A DNA stretch of 60,201 bases from an uncultured Thermotogae bacterium (lineage in GTDB: Bacteria > Bipolaricaulota > Bipolaricaulia > UBA7950 > UBA9294). Position numbers and translations under genes: made by a program. Shown here piece after piece: positions 28,896-38,994 of this stretch. Location of the stretch: assembly GCA_964528085.1 (NCBI GenBank), contig CAZGRE010000001.1, positions 20,633 to 80,833 on the forward strand. The letters are read 5' to 3'. Position 1 is the first letter of the stretch, and every line of letters starts with the position of its first letter. The notes under the pieces were generated by a model, which searched no databases, was not told where the DNA came from, and saw nothing but the letters and a program-made list of their open reading frames with translations.

Positions 28896-29894
28896 CTAGT
28901 CCTTCCTCTCCCAGATCACACCGCCGTAGAGGATCGCCGATGCCTGATCGATCACGCTTTGCGGGAAGCGGAGACCGATCCGGGCCGCTTCGTCGAGGTT
29001 CAGCTCGACCTCGGCGGTCGACTGATACGTCACCGGGATCTCGTCCGGGCTGGTCCCGGAGAGGACCTTAAGGACGATCTCCCCCACCGTCAGTCCGTGC
29101 TCGTAATAGTCGAACCCGGCGACGAGGGTCGCGTTCGGAAGGCTCGTCGGATCGGCCATCAGGAACGGGACACCCGCCTCCTGCGACGCCGCGAGGACGG
29201 AGTCGATCGCGGAGACGACGGTGTTGTCGGTCGTCACGTAGAACGCATCGACCCTCCCCACCAGCGACTGGGCCGCGATCGGGACGTTAGCCGTCGAATC
29301 CGCCGTCGCCGTGACGATCTGAAGGCCAAGATCCGGGGCCGCCGCCTTCGCCATGTCCGTCAGGATCGCTGAGTTCGCCTCACCCGGGTTGTAGACGATC
29401 CCGATCTTGGCGATATCAGGTGCCAGATCCTTCAGGAGCCGGAGATGGGCCGCCACCGGGATCATGTCGGAGACGCCGGTGACGTTCCCGTTCCCCGACG
29501 GATCGGTCGCGCTCGGAACGAGGTTCGCCCCCACCGGATCGGTCACCGCCCCGTATATCACCGGGACGGAGCTACCGCGGAAGGCCTCGACCACCGCCTG
29601 CGCCGACGGCGTGGCGATCGCCACAACGAGGTCGACCCCTTGGGAGCGGAAGTTCTGAGCGATCGAAACCGCATTCCCCATATCCCCTTGCGCGCTTGCA
29701 AGGAGATACTCGACGTCGACCCCTTCCACGTAACCGGCAGCCGTAAGGGCGTCGATCACCCCTTTCTCCACCGCATCGAGCGCCGGATGCTCCACGATCT
29801 TGGTGATCCCGATCCGAATCGGGGACGACACCCCCAAAAGCGCGATACTCACGATGATCAGCCCGATCACTAACCCTATTACCGTTCGCTTCAC
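28896..29894 (-). CDS. ABC transporter substrate-binding protein, ABC_sub_bind (PF04392)-like
   Basis: IRIGITKIVEHPALDAVEKGVIDAL...AQGDMGNAVSIAQNF...DLVVAIATPSAQAV matches the family pattern. GTG start with SD AAGGAGGG. Confidence 0.8.
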   Translation of the reverse strand: MKRTVIGLVIGLIIVSIALLGVSSPIRIGITKIVEHPALDAVEKGVIDALTAAGYVEGVDVEYLLASAQGDMGNAVSIAQNFRSQGVDLVVAIATPSAQAVVEAFRGSSVPVIYGAVTDPVGANLVPSATDPSGNGNVTGVSDMIPVAAHLRLLKDLAPDIAKIGIVYNPGEANSAILTDMAKAAAPDLGLQIVTATADSTANVPIAAQSLVGRVDAFYVTTDNTVVSAIDSVLAASQEAGVPFLMADPTSLPNATLVAGFDYYEHGLTVGEIVLKVLSGTSPDEIPVTYQSTAEVELNLDEAARIGLRFPQSVIDQASAILYGGVIWERKD

Positions 29895-30043
29895 TTTTAT
29901 CCCTCCTTGCTTATCCTTGTAAACGGCCCGTATTGGGCCGAACCCGGACGATCCGATCGATCGTCCGCCTCGCCCGCCCGCTCGGTGATCGTCATATACC
30001 GCCAGCGGGCGGGCTCTCCTTTCCTGCTCCTCTCACCCCCTTT

Positions 30044-30075
30044 CAAAGCAAAAGGACCGCGGAATTCCGCAGTCC
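30044..30075 (-). terminator. Intrinsic terminator/attenuator inside the leader of the PF04392 ABC operon
   Basis: Minus strand reads GGACUGCGG-AAUU-CCGCGGUCC (9 bp, one G-U) followed by UUUUGCUUUG. It lies about 150 nt upstream of the SBP start codon. Confidence 0.55.
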
Positions 30076-30219
30076 TCTCCCCTGATCCTCCCGCAACCTT
30101 CGCGCTATTTAGCAGCCCGTCGCGGAGGGATCAGGCGGAAAACCAAAACCAATAGAAGCCGAAACCGCCGGAACTCTCTCTCATGCTCCTTGGGCTTCGC
30201 GCTTCGTTCATTTGACCCC

Positions 30220-30248
30220 ACTATATGGATCCTCCCGCCCCTTGTCAA
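30220..30248 (-). promoter_or_regulatory. Sigma-70-type promoter driving the minus-strand leader/ABC operon
   Basis: Minus strand TTGACA (30248-30243), 17-nt spacer, TATAGT (30225-30220). Confidence 0.55.
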
Positions 30249-30263
30249 GGGGCAGCCCGCGGA

Positions 30264-30292
30264 TTGACACAGGGAGGGATCCGGTCTATTAT
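30264..30292 (+). promoter_or_regulatory. Sigma-70-type promoter of the hrcA-grpE-dnaK-dnaJ operon
   Basis: TTGACA (30264-30269), 17-nt spacer, TATTAT (30287-30292). The CIRCE element starts at the end of the -10 box. Confidence 0.6.
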
Positions 30293-30318
30293 TAGCAGAC
30301 GGACATACTCAGTGCTAA
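30292..30318. promoter_or_regulatory. CIRCE operator (HrcA binding site)
   Basis: TTAGCAGAC-N9-CAGTGCTAA versus consensus TTAGCACTC-N9-GAGTGCTAA. It sits directly upstream of hrcA. Confidence 0.85.
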
Positions 30319-30329
30319 TTGGTGGTGTT

Positions 30330-31379
30330 ATGGAGGAGAAGGTTCTTCCGGATAGGCAGAGGCTGATTCTAAAGGAGATCGTCGATCGCTACATCCGGCT
30401 CCGTGAGCCGGTTTCGTCGCGGATGATCCTAGAGGACTACGGCCTCAAGGTCAGCTCGGCGACGGTCCGGAACGACATGAACGACCTCGAGGCGAGCGGA
30501 TACATCGAGAAGCCGTACTCGTCATCGGGCCGGATCCCGACGAAGAAGGGGTATCGCTTCTTCGTCGACTGGCTCCTCGACCTCTCCGACCTGACGAAGG
30601 AGGAGCGTCTCGAGATCGTCGAGTCGTACGAGACGCGCTGCCTCGATGTGAGCGAGACGATCCACCGGACGGCCTTCCTCCTGGAGAACCTGACCGGTTA
30701 CGCGGCGTTCGTCATCCCTCCCCGGCTGGAGGAGACGCGGCTCGAGCGGGTCGTCCTCCTGAAGATGGCGGATAGGCTCGCGTTCCTCGTCATCGTGTCG
30801 GACATCGGAGTCGTCGAGCACGGGCTCGTCCCGCTCGAGGACGAGCTCTCCGAGGAGGAGATCCGCAGGACGATGGAGACGATCAACCGGAGCCTCCGCG
30901 GTGCGAACCTCGAGGACGTCCGGGCGATGGCGACGAGCGAGGGGCCGGAGGGATGGTATGAGCGCCCGGTCAGGCAGGCGTTCCTCGTCCTCGGCCATCT
31001 CCTCGAACAGAGGAAGGAGCGGCGGGTGTACATCGAAGGCCTACTCAATCTGGCGAGCGAGCTGCAGGAGATGATCCCCGATGAGGCGATGGAGCGGTTC
31101 ACACAGCTCGGCCGGGCCGTGCGGGATCAGGCTGCGTTCGCAGAAGCTGTCTACGCTGGGCGGGAGGGCCGGGAGGGGATCGTCGTCAACATAGGAGACT
31201 TCCCGCTGAACGGGCTCGAGGAGTTCAGCGTCGTGAGCTGCGACTACCGGCCGCACACCGGGGTCCTCGGAGTGATCGCACCGCTCTGGATGGACTACAG
31301 CCGGGCGATGTCAGCGGCGAGCTACATCGCGAATCGCCTGGAGACGCTCCTTCTAAGATCACGCGTACGGGACGGATAA
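30330..31379 (+). CDS. hrcA: Heat-inducible transcription repressor HrcA
   Basis: MEEKVLPDRQRLILKEIVDRYIRLREPVSSRMI winged-helix N-terminus. The track ORF from 30225 is an over-extension. Confidence 0.92.
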   Translation: MEEKVLPDRQRLILKEIVDRYIRLREPVSSRMILEDYGLKVSSATVRNDMNDLEASGYIEKPYSSSGRIPTKKGYRFFVDWLLDLSDLTKEERLEIVESYETRCLDVSETIHRTAFLLENLTGYAAFVIPPRLEETRLERVVLLKMADRLAFLVIVSDIGVVEHGLVPLEDELSEEEIRRTMETINRSLRGANLEDVRAMATSEGPEGWYERPVRQAFLVLGHLLEQRKERRVYIEGLLNLASELQEMIPDEAMERFTQLGRAVRDQAAFAEAVYAGREGREGIVVNIGDFPLNGLEEFSVVSCDYRPHTGVLGVIAPLWMDYSRAMSAASYIANRLETLLLRSRVRDG

Positions 31380-31388
31380 GGGGTGGCT

Positions 31389-31913
31389 ATGAACGAGAAA
31401 GATAAGCTCAATCAGACAAAAGCCGAAGAGGCCAAGACCAAAGAGGTGAATGAGAAGGACGAGAAGATTCGGGATCTGGTCGACCGGCTGAAACGGCTGC
31501 AGGCCGAGTTCGAGAACTACAAGCGGAGGAGTACCCGTGAGATCGAATCGCTCGCTGAGCGTATCGCCGACCGAGCGATCCTCGATTTCCTCCCGCTCTA
31601 CGACAACCTGCAGCGGGCGTTCGCAAATTACGCCTCCGACAAGAACGTGGAAGGGTTCATAGCGGGGATGGAGCGGATCTTCGCCCAGTTCACCCAGATC
31701 CTCGAACAGAAAGGGGTGACGAAGATCGAGGCGGTGGGGAAGAAGTTCGATCCCGCCCTCCACGAGGCCCTTCTGAGCGTGGAGAGCGAAGAGGAAAAGG
31801 ATATGATTATCGAGGAATTTTCACCTGGATATATAAGAGACGGCCGGGTCCTCTGTCCGAGCAAGGTGACGGTGAGCAAGGGACCGGCCGAAGCTAAGGA
31901 GGGAGAAGGATGA
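31389..31913 (+). CDS. grpE: Nucleotide exchange factor GrpE
   Basis: [12 protein letters not shown] and the C-terminal [12 protein letters not shown]. The start is ATG 31389 or GTG 31383. Confidence 0.9.
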   Translation: MNEKDKLNQTKAEEAKTKEVNEKDEKIRDLVDRLKRLQAEFENYKRRSTREIESLAERIADRAILDFLPLYDNLQRAFANYASDKNVEGFIAGMERIFAQFTQILEQKGVTKIEAVGKKFDPALHEALLSVESEEEKDMIIEEFSPGYIRDGRVLCPSKVTVSKGPAEAKEGEG

Positions 31914-33754
31914 AAGAGAAGATCATTGGAATCGATCTCGGTACGACGAACTCCTGCGTAGCCATCCTGGAAGGGGGATCCCCCGAGGTGATAACGAACG
32001 CCGAGGGTGAGCGCGTCACCCCGTCGGTCGTCGCGTTCACCGAGGATGGGGAGCGGCTCGTCGGCCGGCTCGCCAAGCGGCAGGCGATCACCAACCCGAA
32101 GAACACGATCGCATCGATCAAGCGGAAGATGGGGACCGATCACCGGGTCAAGGTGACGGTGAACGGGAAGACGGAGGAGTACACGCCGGAGCAGATCTCG
32201 GCGATGATCCTCCAGAAGCTGAAGCGCGACGCCGAAGCCCACCTCGGCGGGAAGATAAAGAAGGCCGTGATTACGGTCCCGGCGTACTTCAACGACTCAC
32301 AGCGCACCGCAACGAAGGACGCGGGAAGGATCGCCGGGCTTGAAGTGATGCGGATCATCAACGAGCCGACGGCGGCGGCTCTGGCGTACGGCCTCGACAA
32401 GGCACACGATCAGACGATCCTCGTCTACGACCTCGGCGGCGGGACGTTCGACGTCTCGATCCTCGAGATCGGGGACGGCGTATTCGACGTCCTGGCGACC
32501 GACGGGGACACCCACCTCGGCGGGGACGACTTCGACCAGCGGATCATGGACTGGCTCGTCGAGGAGTTTCGCAAGGACACCGGGATCGACCTGACGAACG
32601 ACCCGTCAGCGATGCAGCGGCTGAAGGACGCGGCCGAGGCGGCGAAGAAGGAGCTCTCCAGCCGGATGGAGACGACGATCAACCTCCCGTACATCACCGC
32701 CGATGCCAGCGGGCCGAAGCACCTGGAGAAGAAGCTCTCCCGCGCGAAGTTCGAGGGGATGATCGACGATCTTTTGCAGAAGACGATAAACGTCGTCGAA
32801 TCGACCCTCCGCGCGGCGAACAAGACGGCTGACGACATCGATCAGGTCGTCCTCGTCGGCGGATCGACCCGTATCCCCAAGGTCCAGGAGCTGATCGCGA
32901 GCCGGATCCCGGGGAAGATAAACCGCGAGATCAACCCGGACGAGGTCGTCGCCTGCGGTGCCGCGATCCAAGGTGGTGTCCTCGCCGGGGAGATCGACGA
33001 GATCGTCCTCCTCGACGTGACCCCCCTCACCCTGTCGATCGAGACCCTCGGAGGGGTGGCGACCCCGCTGATCGAGCGGAACACGACGATCCCGACCGAG
33101 AAGACGAAGACGTTCACCACCGCTGAGGACAATCAGCCGGCGGTCGAGATCCACGTCGTCCAGGGGGAGCGGAAGATGGCAGCGGACAACAAGTCGCTCG
33201 GGAAGTTCCAGCTGACCGGGATCCCACCGGCGCCGCGCGGGGTCCCGCAGATCGATGTGACGTTCAACATCGACGCCGACGGGATCCTCCACGTCACGGC
33301 CAAAGACAAGGCGACGGGGAAGAGCTCGTCGATCACGATAAAGGACTCCTCCCGCCTCGACGAGGCCGAGATCGAGCGGATGCGGAAGGAGGCCGAGGCG
33401 CACGCCGAGGAGGATCGGAAGAAGGCCGAGCTCGCCGAGGTCCGGAACCAAGCGGACCAGTTGATCTACTCGGTGGAGAAGGCCCTCACCGACCTCGGAG
33501 AGAAGGTCGATCCGTCAAAGCGGGCGGAGATCGAGGATCAAATCCGGTCGCTCCGGGAGAAGCTCGATCAGAACGCGGACGCCGCCGATCTTCGCCGCGG
33601 GATCGAAGGGTTGACGAAGGCGTCACAGGAGATCACTACCACGGTCTATAAGGAGGCGGCCGGGACCGCTGGAACCGGCGAAGGAGGGGCGTCGAGGGAG
33701 GACGAGGGAGACGACGGCGAATACATCGACGCCGAATACGAGGACGAAAAGTAG
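31910..33754 (+). CDS. dnaK: Molecular chaperone DnaK (Hsp70)
   Basis: [24 protein letters not shown] and the other Hsp70 signatures. ATGA overlap with grpE. Confidence 0.97.
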   Translation: MKEKIIGIDLGTTNSCVAILEGGSPEVITNAEGERVTPSVVAFTEDGERLVGRLAKRQAITNPKNTIASIKRKMGTDHRVKVTVNGKTEEYTPEQISAMILQKLKRDAEAHLGGKIKKAVITVPAYFNDSQRTATKDAGRIAGLEVMRIINEPTAAALAYGLDKAHDQTILVYDLGGGTFDVSILEIGDGVFDVLATDGDTHLGGDDFDQRIMDWLVEEFRKDTGIDLTNDPSAMQRLKDAAEAAKKELSSRMETTINLPYITADASGPKHLEKKLSRAKFEGMIDDLLQKTINVVESTLRAANKTADDIDQVVLVGGSTRIPKVQELIASRIPGKINREINPDEVVACGAAIQGGVLAGEIDEIVLLDVTPLTLSIETLGGVATPLIERNTTIPTEKTKTFTTAEDNQPAVEIHVVQGERKMAADNKSLGKFQLTGIPPAPRGVPQIDVTFNIDADGILHVTAKDKATGKSSSITIKDSSRLDEAEIERMRKEAEAHAEEDRKKAELAEVRNQADQLIYSVEKALTDLGEKVDPSKRAEIEDQIRSLREKLDQNADAADLRRGIEGLTKASQEITTTVYKEAAGTAGTGEGGASREDEGDDGEYIDAEYEDEK

Positions 33755-33770
33755 GGTCTAAGGAGACGGC

Positions 33771-34868
33771 GTGGCCAAACGAGACTACTATGAGATCCTC
33801 GGTGTTTCGCGGGATGCGAGCGAAAGCGAGATCAAACGAGCCTACCGGAAGAAGGCAAAGGAGCTCCATCCCGACCGGAACCCTGAGAACCGGAAGAAGG
33901 CCGAGGAGGAGTTCAAGCGGGTGGCGGAGGCGTACGAGGTCCTCTCCGATCCGCATAAGCGCGCTCAGTACGACCGTTACGGCCACGCCGGCCCGGATCA
34001 GGGGTTCACCTTCGGGGATACCGACTTCAGGCGGGCGCGGGAGGCGTACCGCGAGTTCGGGTTCGGCGGGTTCGACGACCTGTTCGATCTCTTCTTCCGT
34101 CAGGGGTCACCCCGCACAGCGAGCCGGCAAAGGGCCCGCCACGGGGAGAACATCGAGTACAAGCTGAGAATCACGCTGGAGGACGCCGCCCATGGGACGC
34201 GGATGAAGGTGACCGTCCCCCGCCTCGTCCCGTGTCCGGCGTGCGGGGGGACGGGGATGAAGCCGGGGACGTCGAAGCGGACCTGCCCGACCTGCGGTGG
34301 AAGGGGGCAGATCGAATACCGCCAGCAGTCCCTCCTCGGGAGCTTCTTCAACGTCCGCACCTGCCCGGAGTGCGGGGGGACGGGCGAGGTGATCGCCGAG
34401 CCGTGTCATCACTGCCACGGGACCGGCCGGGTGAAGGAGAAGAGCAGGATATCGATCAACGTCCCGGCCGGCGTCGACACCGGCTCCCGACTCAGGTTGA
34501 AGGGGCAGGGGAACGCCGGGATCGAAGGGGGGGCGCCCGGGGACCTGTTCATCGTCATCGAGATCATCCCCCACCCGAAGTTCCGGCGCGCGGATCGTGA
34601 CATCTATTCCAAGGTGAGGATCTCATACCCGCAGGCCGCCCTCGGGGCGAGGATCCGGGTCGAGACCTTGTGGGGGGAGGAGGAGCTGACGATCCCGGCG
34701 GGGACGCAGCCGGGGACCGCCTTCCGCCTGCGCGGGAAGGGGGTCCCAAACATCCACCGCGGCCAAGGGAGGGGGGATCACATCGTCGAGGTCACGGTCG
34801 ATGTCCCGACCAGGCTGACCCCTCGACAGCGGCGGGCACTGGAGGAATACGCACGCACGCTCGAATAG
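33771..34868 (+). CDS. dnaJ: Molecular chaperone DnaJ
   Basis: J domain (DYYEILGV...HPDRN), G/F region and four CxxCxGxG zinc motifs. Confidence 0.95.
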   Translation: MAKRDYYEILGVSRDASESEIKRAYRKKAKELHPDRNPENRKKAEEEFKRVAEAYEVLSDPHKRAQYDRYGHAGPDQGFTFGDTDFRRAREAYREFGFGGFDDLFDLFFRQGSPRTASRQRARHGENIEYKLRITLEDAAHGTRMKVTVPRLVPCPACGGTGMKPGTSKRTCPTCGGRGQIEYRQQSLLGSFFNVRTCPECGGTGEVIAEPCHHCHGTGRVKEKSRISINVPAGVDTGSRLRLKGQGNAGIEGGAPGDLFIVIEIIPHPKFRRADRDIYSKVRISYPQAALGARIRVETLWGEEELTIPAGTQPGTAFRLRGKGVPNIHRGQGRGDHIVEVTVDVPTRLTPRQRRALEEYARTLE

Positions 34869-34877
34869 GGCGGCAGG

Positions 34878-35495
34878 TCAGCCTTGCGAGACAAGATCGC
34901 GGATGATCAGCCTCATCCGCCTGATTGCCCGCATCCGGTGGCTGATCCGGTTCTTCTCCTCGAGGGACAGCTCGGCTAACGTCCGTGAACCCCCTGCTGG
35001 GATGAACAGAGGATCATATCCGAATCCACCCTCCCCCCGCGGGGCATCGGCGATCTCACCCGGAAGGACGCCGGTGGTGACGAAGACCTGCCGGTCAGGG
35101 AGGAGGAGGACGGCGACGGTGATGAACCGGGCCCGCCTGTCCATTACCCCCTCCAGCCTCTTCAACAGGAGGGAATTGTTCGCGGAGTAGTCGTGATCCC
35201 CCCCGGCGTAGCGCGCAGAGCGCACCCCCGGTTCCCCACCGAGGGAGAGGACCTCCAACCCGGCGTCCTCCGCCAGGACGGGGAGGCCCGTCTGCTCGAG
35301 GATCGCCTCCGCCTTTAGGAGCGCGTTGTCGAGGAACGTCTCTTCGGTTTCCTCGACCTCGGAAAACGGGATCTCCTCAAACGTGAGGAGCTCTATCCCC
35401 GGGATTCCAGAGAGGAGACGTCTGAGCTCCCTGATCTTTCCCCTGTTCCGGGTGGCGAGAAGGAGCCGCTCAAGCGGAATCGTCTTCATCCCCAT
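34878..35495 (-). CDS. rdgB: dITP/XTP pyrophosphatase (RdgB/HAM1 family)
   Basis: LLLATRNRGKIRE..., FGYDPLF and SHR motifs. The start is set at ATG 35495 (GGGGG SD upstream); the track ORF extends to 35603. Confidence 0.85.
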   Translation of the reverse strand: MGMKTIPLERLLLATRNRGKIRELRRLLSGIPGIELLTFEEIPFSEVEETEETFLDNALLKAEAILEQTGLPVLAEDAGLEVLSLGGEPGVRSARYAGGDHDYSANNSLLLKRLEGVMDRRARFITVAVLLLPDRQVFVTTGVLPGEIADAPRGEGGFGYDPLFIPAGGSRTLAELSLEEKNRISHRMRAIRRMRLIIRDLVSQG

Positions 35496-35553
35496 TAACA
35501 ACCCCCATCGGAGGGATTCTCCGAAAGATGCGTCTCTTGAGGGAACCCTCGCC

Positions 35554-35781
35554 CTAGGGAAGGACGGAGAGGACGAAGCCGAGGACCATGAAGACAGTGG
35601 CAAGGGCGACGGTCAGCGTCCGCTTCGGATCCTTCGTCTCATCACGGCCGAAGACGGTGCTCGACATCCCCGAGCCGAACGCCCCGCCCAGACCGGAGTG
35701 CTCGCTCATCTGAAGGAGGATGATCCCCATCAAGGCGAAGCAATCGAGGAACAGGATAATCTCTAAAGCATGACGCAACAT
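35554..35781 (-). CDS. secG: Preprotein translocase subunit SecG
   Basis: 75 aa with two TM segments flanking a Gly-rich loop (SGLGGAFGSGMSSTVFG). Confidence 0.8.
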   Translation of the reverse strand: MLRHALEIILFLDCFALMGIILLQMSEHSGLGGAFGSGMSSTVFGRDETKDPKRTLTVALATVFMVLGFVLSVLP

Positions 35782-35928
35782 AATCTATCGACCCTTTCCA
35801 ATACCGAGATGCTCAACGTAAGAGGAATTCTAACGACGAACGGTGTGATCATCAACGTCGTTTTACCCTTGCCCTCATTTCATCCGTCACGTATTCTGTT
35901 TAAAACCGGATAGTAAGCGGGGTACACC

Positions 35929-37530
35929 TTGCGCAAGTTCATCTTCGTCACCGGAGGGGTCCTCTCCGGGCTCGGAAAAGGGGTGGTGACCGCATCGATC
36001 GGCCTTTTACTTAAGTTGCAAGGGTACAAGGTCAGCCTGCAGAAGATCGACCCCTACGTCAATGTCGACGCAGGGACGATGAACCCGTATGAGCACGGGG
36101 AGGTCTTCGTCACCGAGGACGGTAAGGAAACGGACCTCGACATCGGCCGGTACGAGCGGTTCCTCGGCGAGTCCCTCTCCGCCTCAAACTACCTGACGAC
36201 CGGCCAGGTGTATTGGAACGTGATCCAGAAGGAGCGCTCCGGCGCGTTCCTCGGGAAGACGGTCCAGGTCATCCCGCACATCACGGATGAGATAAAGCGG
36301 CTGATCCGCCTCCCCCTCGAGGAGAGCGGGGCCCAAATCGGGGTGATCGAGGTCGGGGGGACGGTCGGGGACATCGAGAGCCTCCCGTTCCTCGAGGCCC
36401 TCCGCCAGATGAAGGACGAACTACCGCGGGAGGACACCTTCTTCGTCCATGTCACCCTCCTCCCGCATCTTTCGGCCTCGGACGAGATCAAGACGAAGCC
36501 GACACAGCACAGCGTGAAGGAACTCCGCGCCATCGGGATTCAGCCGGACGCGATCGTCGCCCGCACCGACGTCCCGCTCCCTCCCTCGGTGAAGCGGAAG
36601 ATCTCCCTGTTCTGCGACGTTCCGGAGGAGAACGTGATCGAGGATCCGGACATTAAGTTGATATACCGCGTTCCGCTCGTCCTCTACGAGGAGGGGCTCC
36701 TCGATTCTGTCACGCGCGGCCTCGGCCTCGAAGGCCACCCCCCCCAGCTCGACGGATGGAAGGAGGGGGTGAGGGCGGCTGAGGAGGGAACGGATCGGAT
36801 CAGGGTCGGCGTCGTCGGTAAATACATCAGAATCAGGGATTCGTACATCAGCATCCGCGAGGCGTTCACCCATGCCGGGGCGGCCGAGAAGATCGGGATC
36901 GATCTCGAATGGATCCCCTCGGAGGCGATCGCGACCGACGGGCCGGAGGCCCACTTAAACGGGATCGACGGCCTCCTCATCCCGGGCGGATTCGGGGACA
37001 GGGGGATAGAGGGGAAGGTGGAGGCGGTCAGGTTCGTGCGGGAGAACCGGATCCCGTTCTTCGGTATCTGCCTCGGGCTTCAGTGCGCAGCGATCGAGTT
37101 CGCCCGGAACGTCCTCGGAAGGGAGAATGCGAACAGCTCGGAGTTCGATCCGCAAACCCCCGACCCGGTGATCACCCTCCTCCCCGAACAGGAGGGGATC
37201 ACGAGGAAGGGGGGGACGATGCGCCTCGGGGCCTATCCGGCCGTCCTCCGCGCGGGGAGCATCATCCGCTCATGCTACGGGAAAGAGCAGATAAAGGAGC
37301 GCCATCGACATCGCTACGAATTCAACCCCGATTACGAGGGGCCCTTCGAAGCGGCGGGGATGAGGGTGAGTGGGAGATCCCCGGATGGGAGGCTCGTCGA
37401 ATCGATCGAGCTCGACGGTCATCCGTGGTTCGTCGGGGTCCAGTTTCATCCCGAGTTCACATCCCGCTTCATCTCCCCCCACCCCCTATTCCGGGGGTTC
37501 ATCCGCTCATGTCAAAAGCGAAGATCCTAA
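35929..37530 (+). CDS. pyrG: CTP synthase
   Basis: FIFVTGGVLSGLGKG N-terminus and the GATase domain GICLGLQ ... HRHRYEFN. Confidence 0.95.
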   Translation: MRKFIFVTGGVLSGLGKGVVTASIGLLLKLQGYKVSLQKIDPYVNVDAGTMNPYEHGEVFVTEDGKETDLDIGRYERFLGESLSASNYLTTGQVYWNVIQKERSGAFLGKTVQVIPHITDEIKRLIRLPLEESGAQIGVIEVGGTVGDIESLPFLEALRQMKDELPREDTFFVHVTLLPHLSASDEIKTKPTQHSVKELRAIGIQPDAIVARTDVPLPPSVKRKISLFCDVPEENVIEDPDIKLIYRVPLVLYEEGLLDSVTRGLGLEGHPPQLDGWKEGVRAAEEGTDRIRVGVVGKYIRIRDSYISIREAFTHAGAAEKIGIDLEWIPSEAIATDGPEAHLNGIDGLLIPGGFGDRGIEGKVEAVRFVRENRIPFFGICLGLQCAAIEFARNVLGRENANSSEFDPQTPDPVITLLPEQEGITRKGGTMRLGAYPAVLRAGSIIRSCYGKEQIKERHRHRYEFNPDYEGPFEAAGMRVSGRSPDGRLVESIELDGHPWFVGVQFHPEFTSRFISPHPLFRGFIRSCQKRRS

Positions 37531-38288
37531 TCCCCGTCCTCGTCATAGCCTGCGCCCTCGCACTCCTATTCATCCCGCAAGACAAGGAGGGGGGGAGGAA
37601 GGAACCGGCCACCGCCGCGAGGATCGTCCTTTACGGATACACCACCGATGGGAGGATCTCCTGGGAGATCGCCGCTGAAGAGGGGAGGATCGAACGGGAT
37701 GAGGAGGACCTATCCGATGTGACGATCCGCTTCCCCCAGGAAGACGGGGAGGACCTTTTGATCAGCGCCGCCTCCTTAATCCAGCGGGGGAGGATCCGTA
37801 CGCTCAGCGGTGAGGTCAGAATAAAACGGGGGGATACCTTTGAGATGAGCACCGACTCCCTCGACTGGAACGATGAAACCTCCACGTTAAGCGCAGACCG
37901 GATAAACCTCGTATACGGAAAGATCGAGGTCGTCGGAGGGGGGTTCCTCTATGACTTGAAATCACAACTCGTCTCCCTTTCAAACGGCCTGGAAGGGAAG
38001 ATCGCACGCGAAGAGCCGATCTTTATCTCGGCCGAGTGCGCCGAGGAGGAAAACGGGAGGATCGTCATCGCGGGGAACGTCGCCCTCGAATCGGGAAAGA
38101 AGAGTTATCGCTGCGACAGGCTCGAATCGGATAGGGAGGGGAAGATCATAACGCTCAGCGGATCGGTGGCCGCGTACCTTCCAGAGGGGGAGCTGACCGG
38201 AGAGAGGTTGGTGATCGGGCCGGATGGGATATCGGTGAGCGGATCGGTGAGGCTCGATCTCAAGCTTAAGGGGGAGAATGGCGCTTGA
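37509..38288 (+). CDS. LptC/LptA (OstA-like) family LPS export protein with N-terminal membrane anchor
   Basis: 259 aa. MSKAKILIPVLVIACALALLF anchor and a beta-rich body, immediately upstream of and overlapping lptB. The track ORF from 36909 is an over-extension across pyrG. Confidence 0.6.
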   Translation: MSKAKILIPVLVIACALALLFIPQDKEGGRKEPATAARIVLYGYTTDGRISWEIAAEEGRIERDEEDLSDVTIRFPQEDGEDLLISAASLIQRGRIRTLSGEVRIKRGDTFEMSTDSLDWNDETSTLSADRINLVYGKIEVVGGGFLYDLKSQLVSLSNGLEGKIAREEPIFISAECAEEENGRIVIAGNVALESGKKSYRCDRLESDREGKIITLSGSVAAYLPEGELTGERLVIGPDGISVSGSVRLDLKLKGENGA

Positions 38289-38994
38289 AGGGAAGGGGCT
38301 CGTGAAGCGGTACGATCGGAGGCCGGTCGTCGATCGGCTTTCGTTCTCGGCCGAGCCGGGGAGGATCACCGGTCTCCTCGGACCGAACGGAGCCGGGAAG
38401 ACGACGACCTTCTACCTGGTGATCGGGTTCATCGCCGCAGATGAAGGGAGCGTCTGGTTCGATGGGAGGGATATCTCGCGGCTCCCGTTCTACCGGCGGG
38501 CGAGGCTCGGGATCGGCTATCTCCCGCAAGAGCCCTCCGTGTTCACGCGCGCCACCGTCAACGAGAACCTTGACATGGCCCTCGAATGGGGAGGGACCGA
38601 AGCGGACCGCCGCTCCCGTCGGGAGGAGCTCCTCGCCGAGCTCGGGTTGGCCGACCTCCGCCACCGATCGGCCGGGACCCTCTCCTCCGGGGAGAGACGG
38701 CGGCTAGAGATCGCCCGCGCCCTCGCCGCCTCACCGCGCTACATCCTCCTCGACGAGCCGTTCTCCGGAATCGATCCGATCTCCATCGCCGATCTGAAAC
38801 GGGAGATCATCTCGCTCAAGGAGCGGAAGATCGGGGTGATCATCACCGACCACAACGTACGCGATACGCTGTCGATCACCGATTTCTCCTACCTGATCGA
38901 CAAAGGGAGGCTGATCGCCTCTGGAACATCGGATGAGATCCTCACCGATCCGCTCGCCCGCCGGGTCTACCTCGGTGAGGAGTTCACCCCTTAG
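38278..38994 (+). CDS. lptB: LPS export ABC transporter ATP-binding protein LptB
   Basis: 238 aa. GPNGAGKTTTFY, LSSGERRRLEIARAL, LLDEPFSGIDP. The size and context are typical of LptB. Confidence 0.88.
   Translation: MALEGKGLVKRYDRRPVVDRLSFSAEPGRITGLLGPNGAGKTTTFYLVIGFIAADEGSVWFDGRDISRLPFYRRARLGIGYLPQEPSVFTRATVNENLDMALEWGGTEADRRSRREELLAELGLADLRHRSAGTLSSGERRRLEIARALAASPRYILLDEPFSGIDPISIADLKREIISLKERKIGVIITDHNVRDTLSITDFSYLIDKGRLIASGTSDEILTDPLARRVYLGEEFTP

Noticed and set aside
29907-30155. 82-aa plus-strand ORF in the hrcA/ABC intergenic region
   Set aside because: It has no SD and a low-complexity Ser/Pro/Arg-rich product. It overlaps the promoter-to-terminator RNA unit on the other strand.
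29895-30225. T-box or TPP riboswitch upstream of the PF04392 ABC operon
   Set aside because: There is no T-box sequence (AANNNGGGUGGNACCGCG). A CCUGAUC plus UGAGAG resemblance to TPP elements is present, but the P4-P5 pyrophosphate-sensor hairpin and the ACCC...GAACCUGAUC context are absent.
35832-35864. Hairpin AACGACG-N17-CGTCGTT followed by TT upstream of pyrG as a pyrG attenuator
   Set aside because: The best promoter candidate (TTGCCC-17-TATTCT, about 35869-35897) lies downstream of the hairpin. The hairpin would therefore not be in the pyrG leader, and there is no supporting features of CTP-sensing reiterative transcription.
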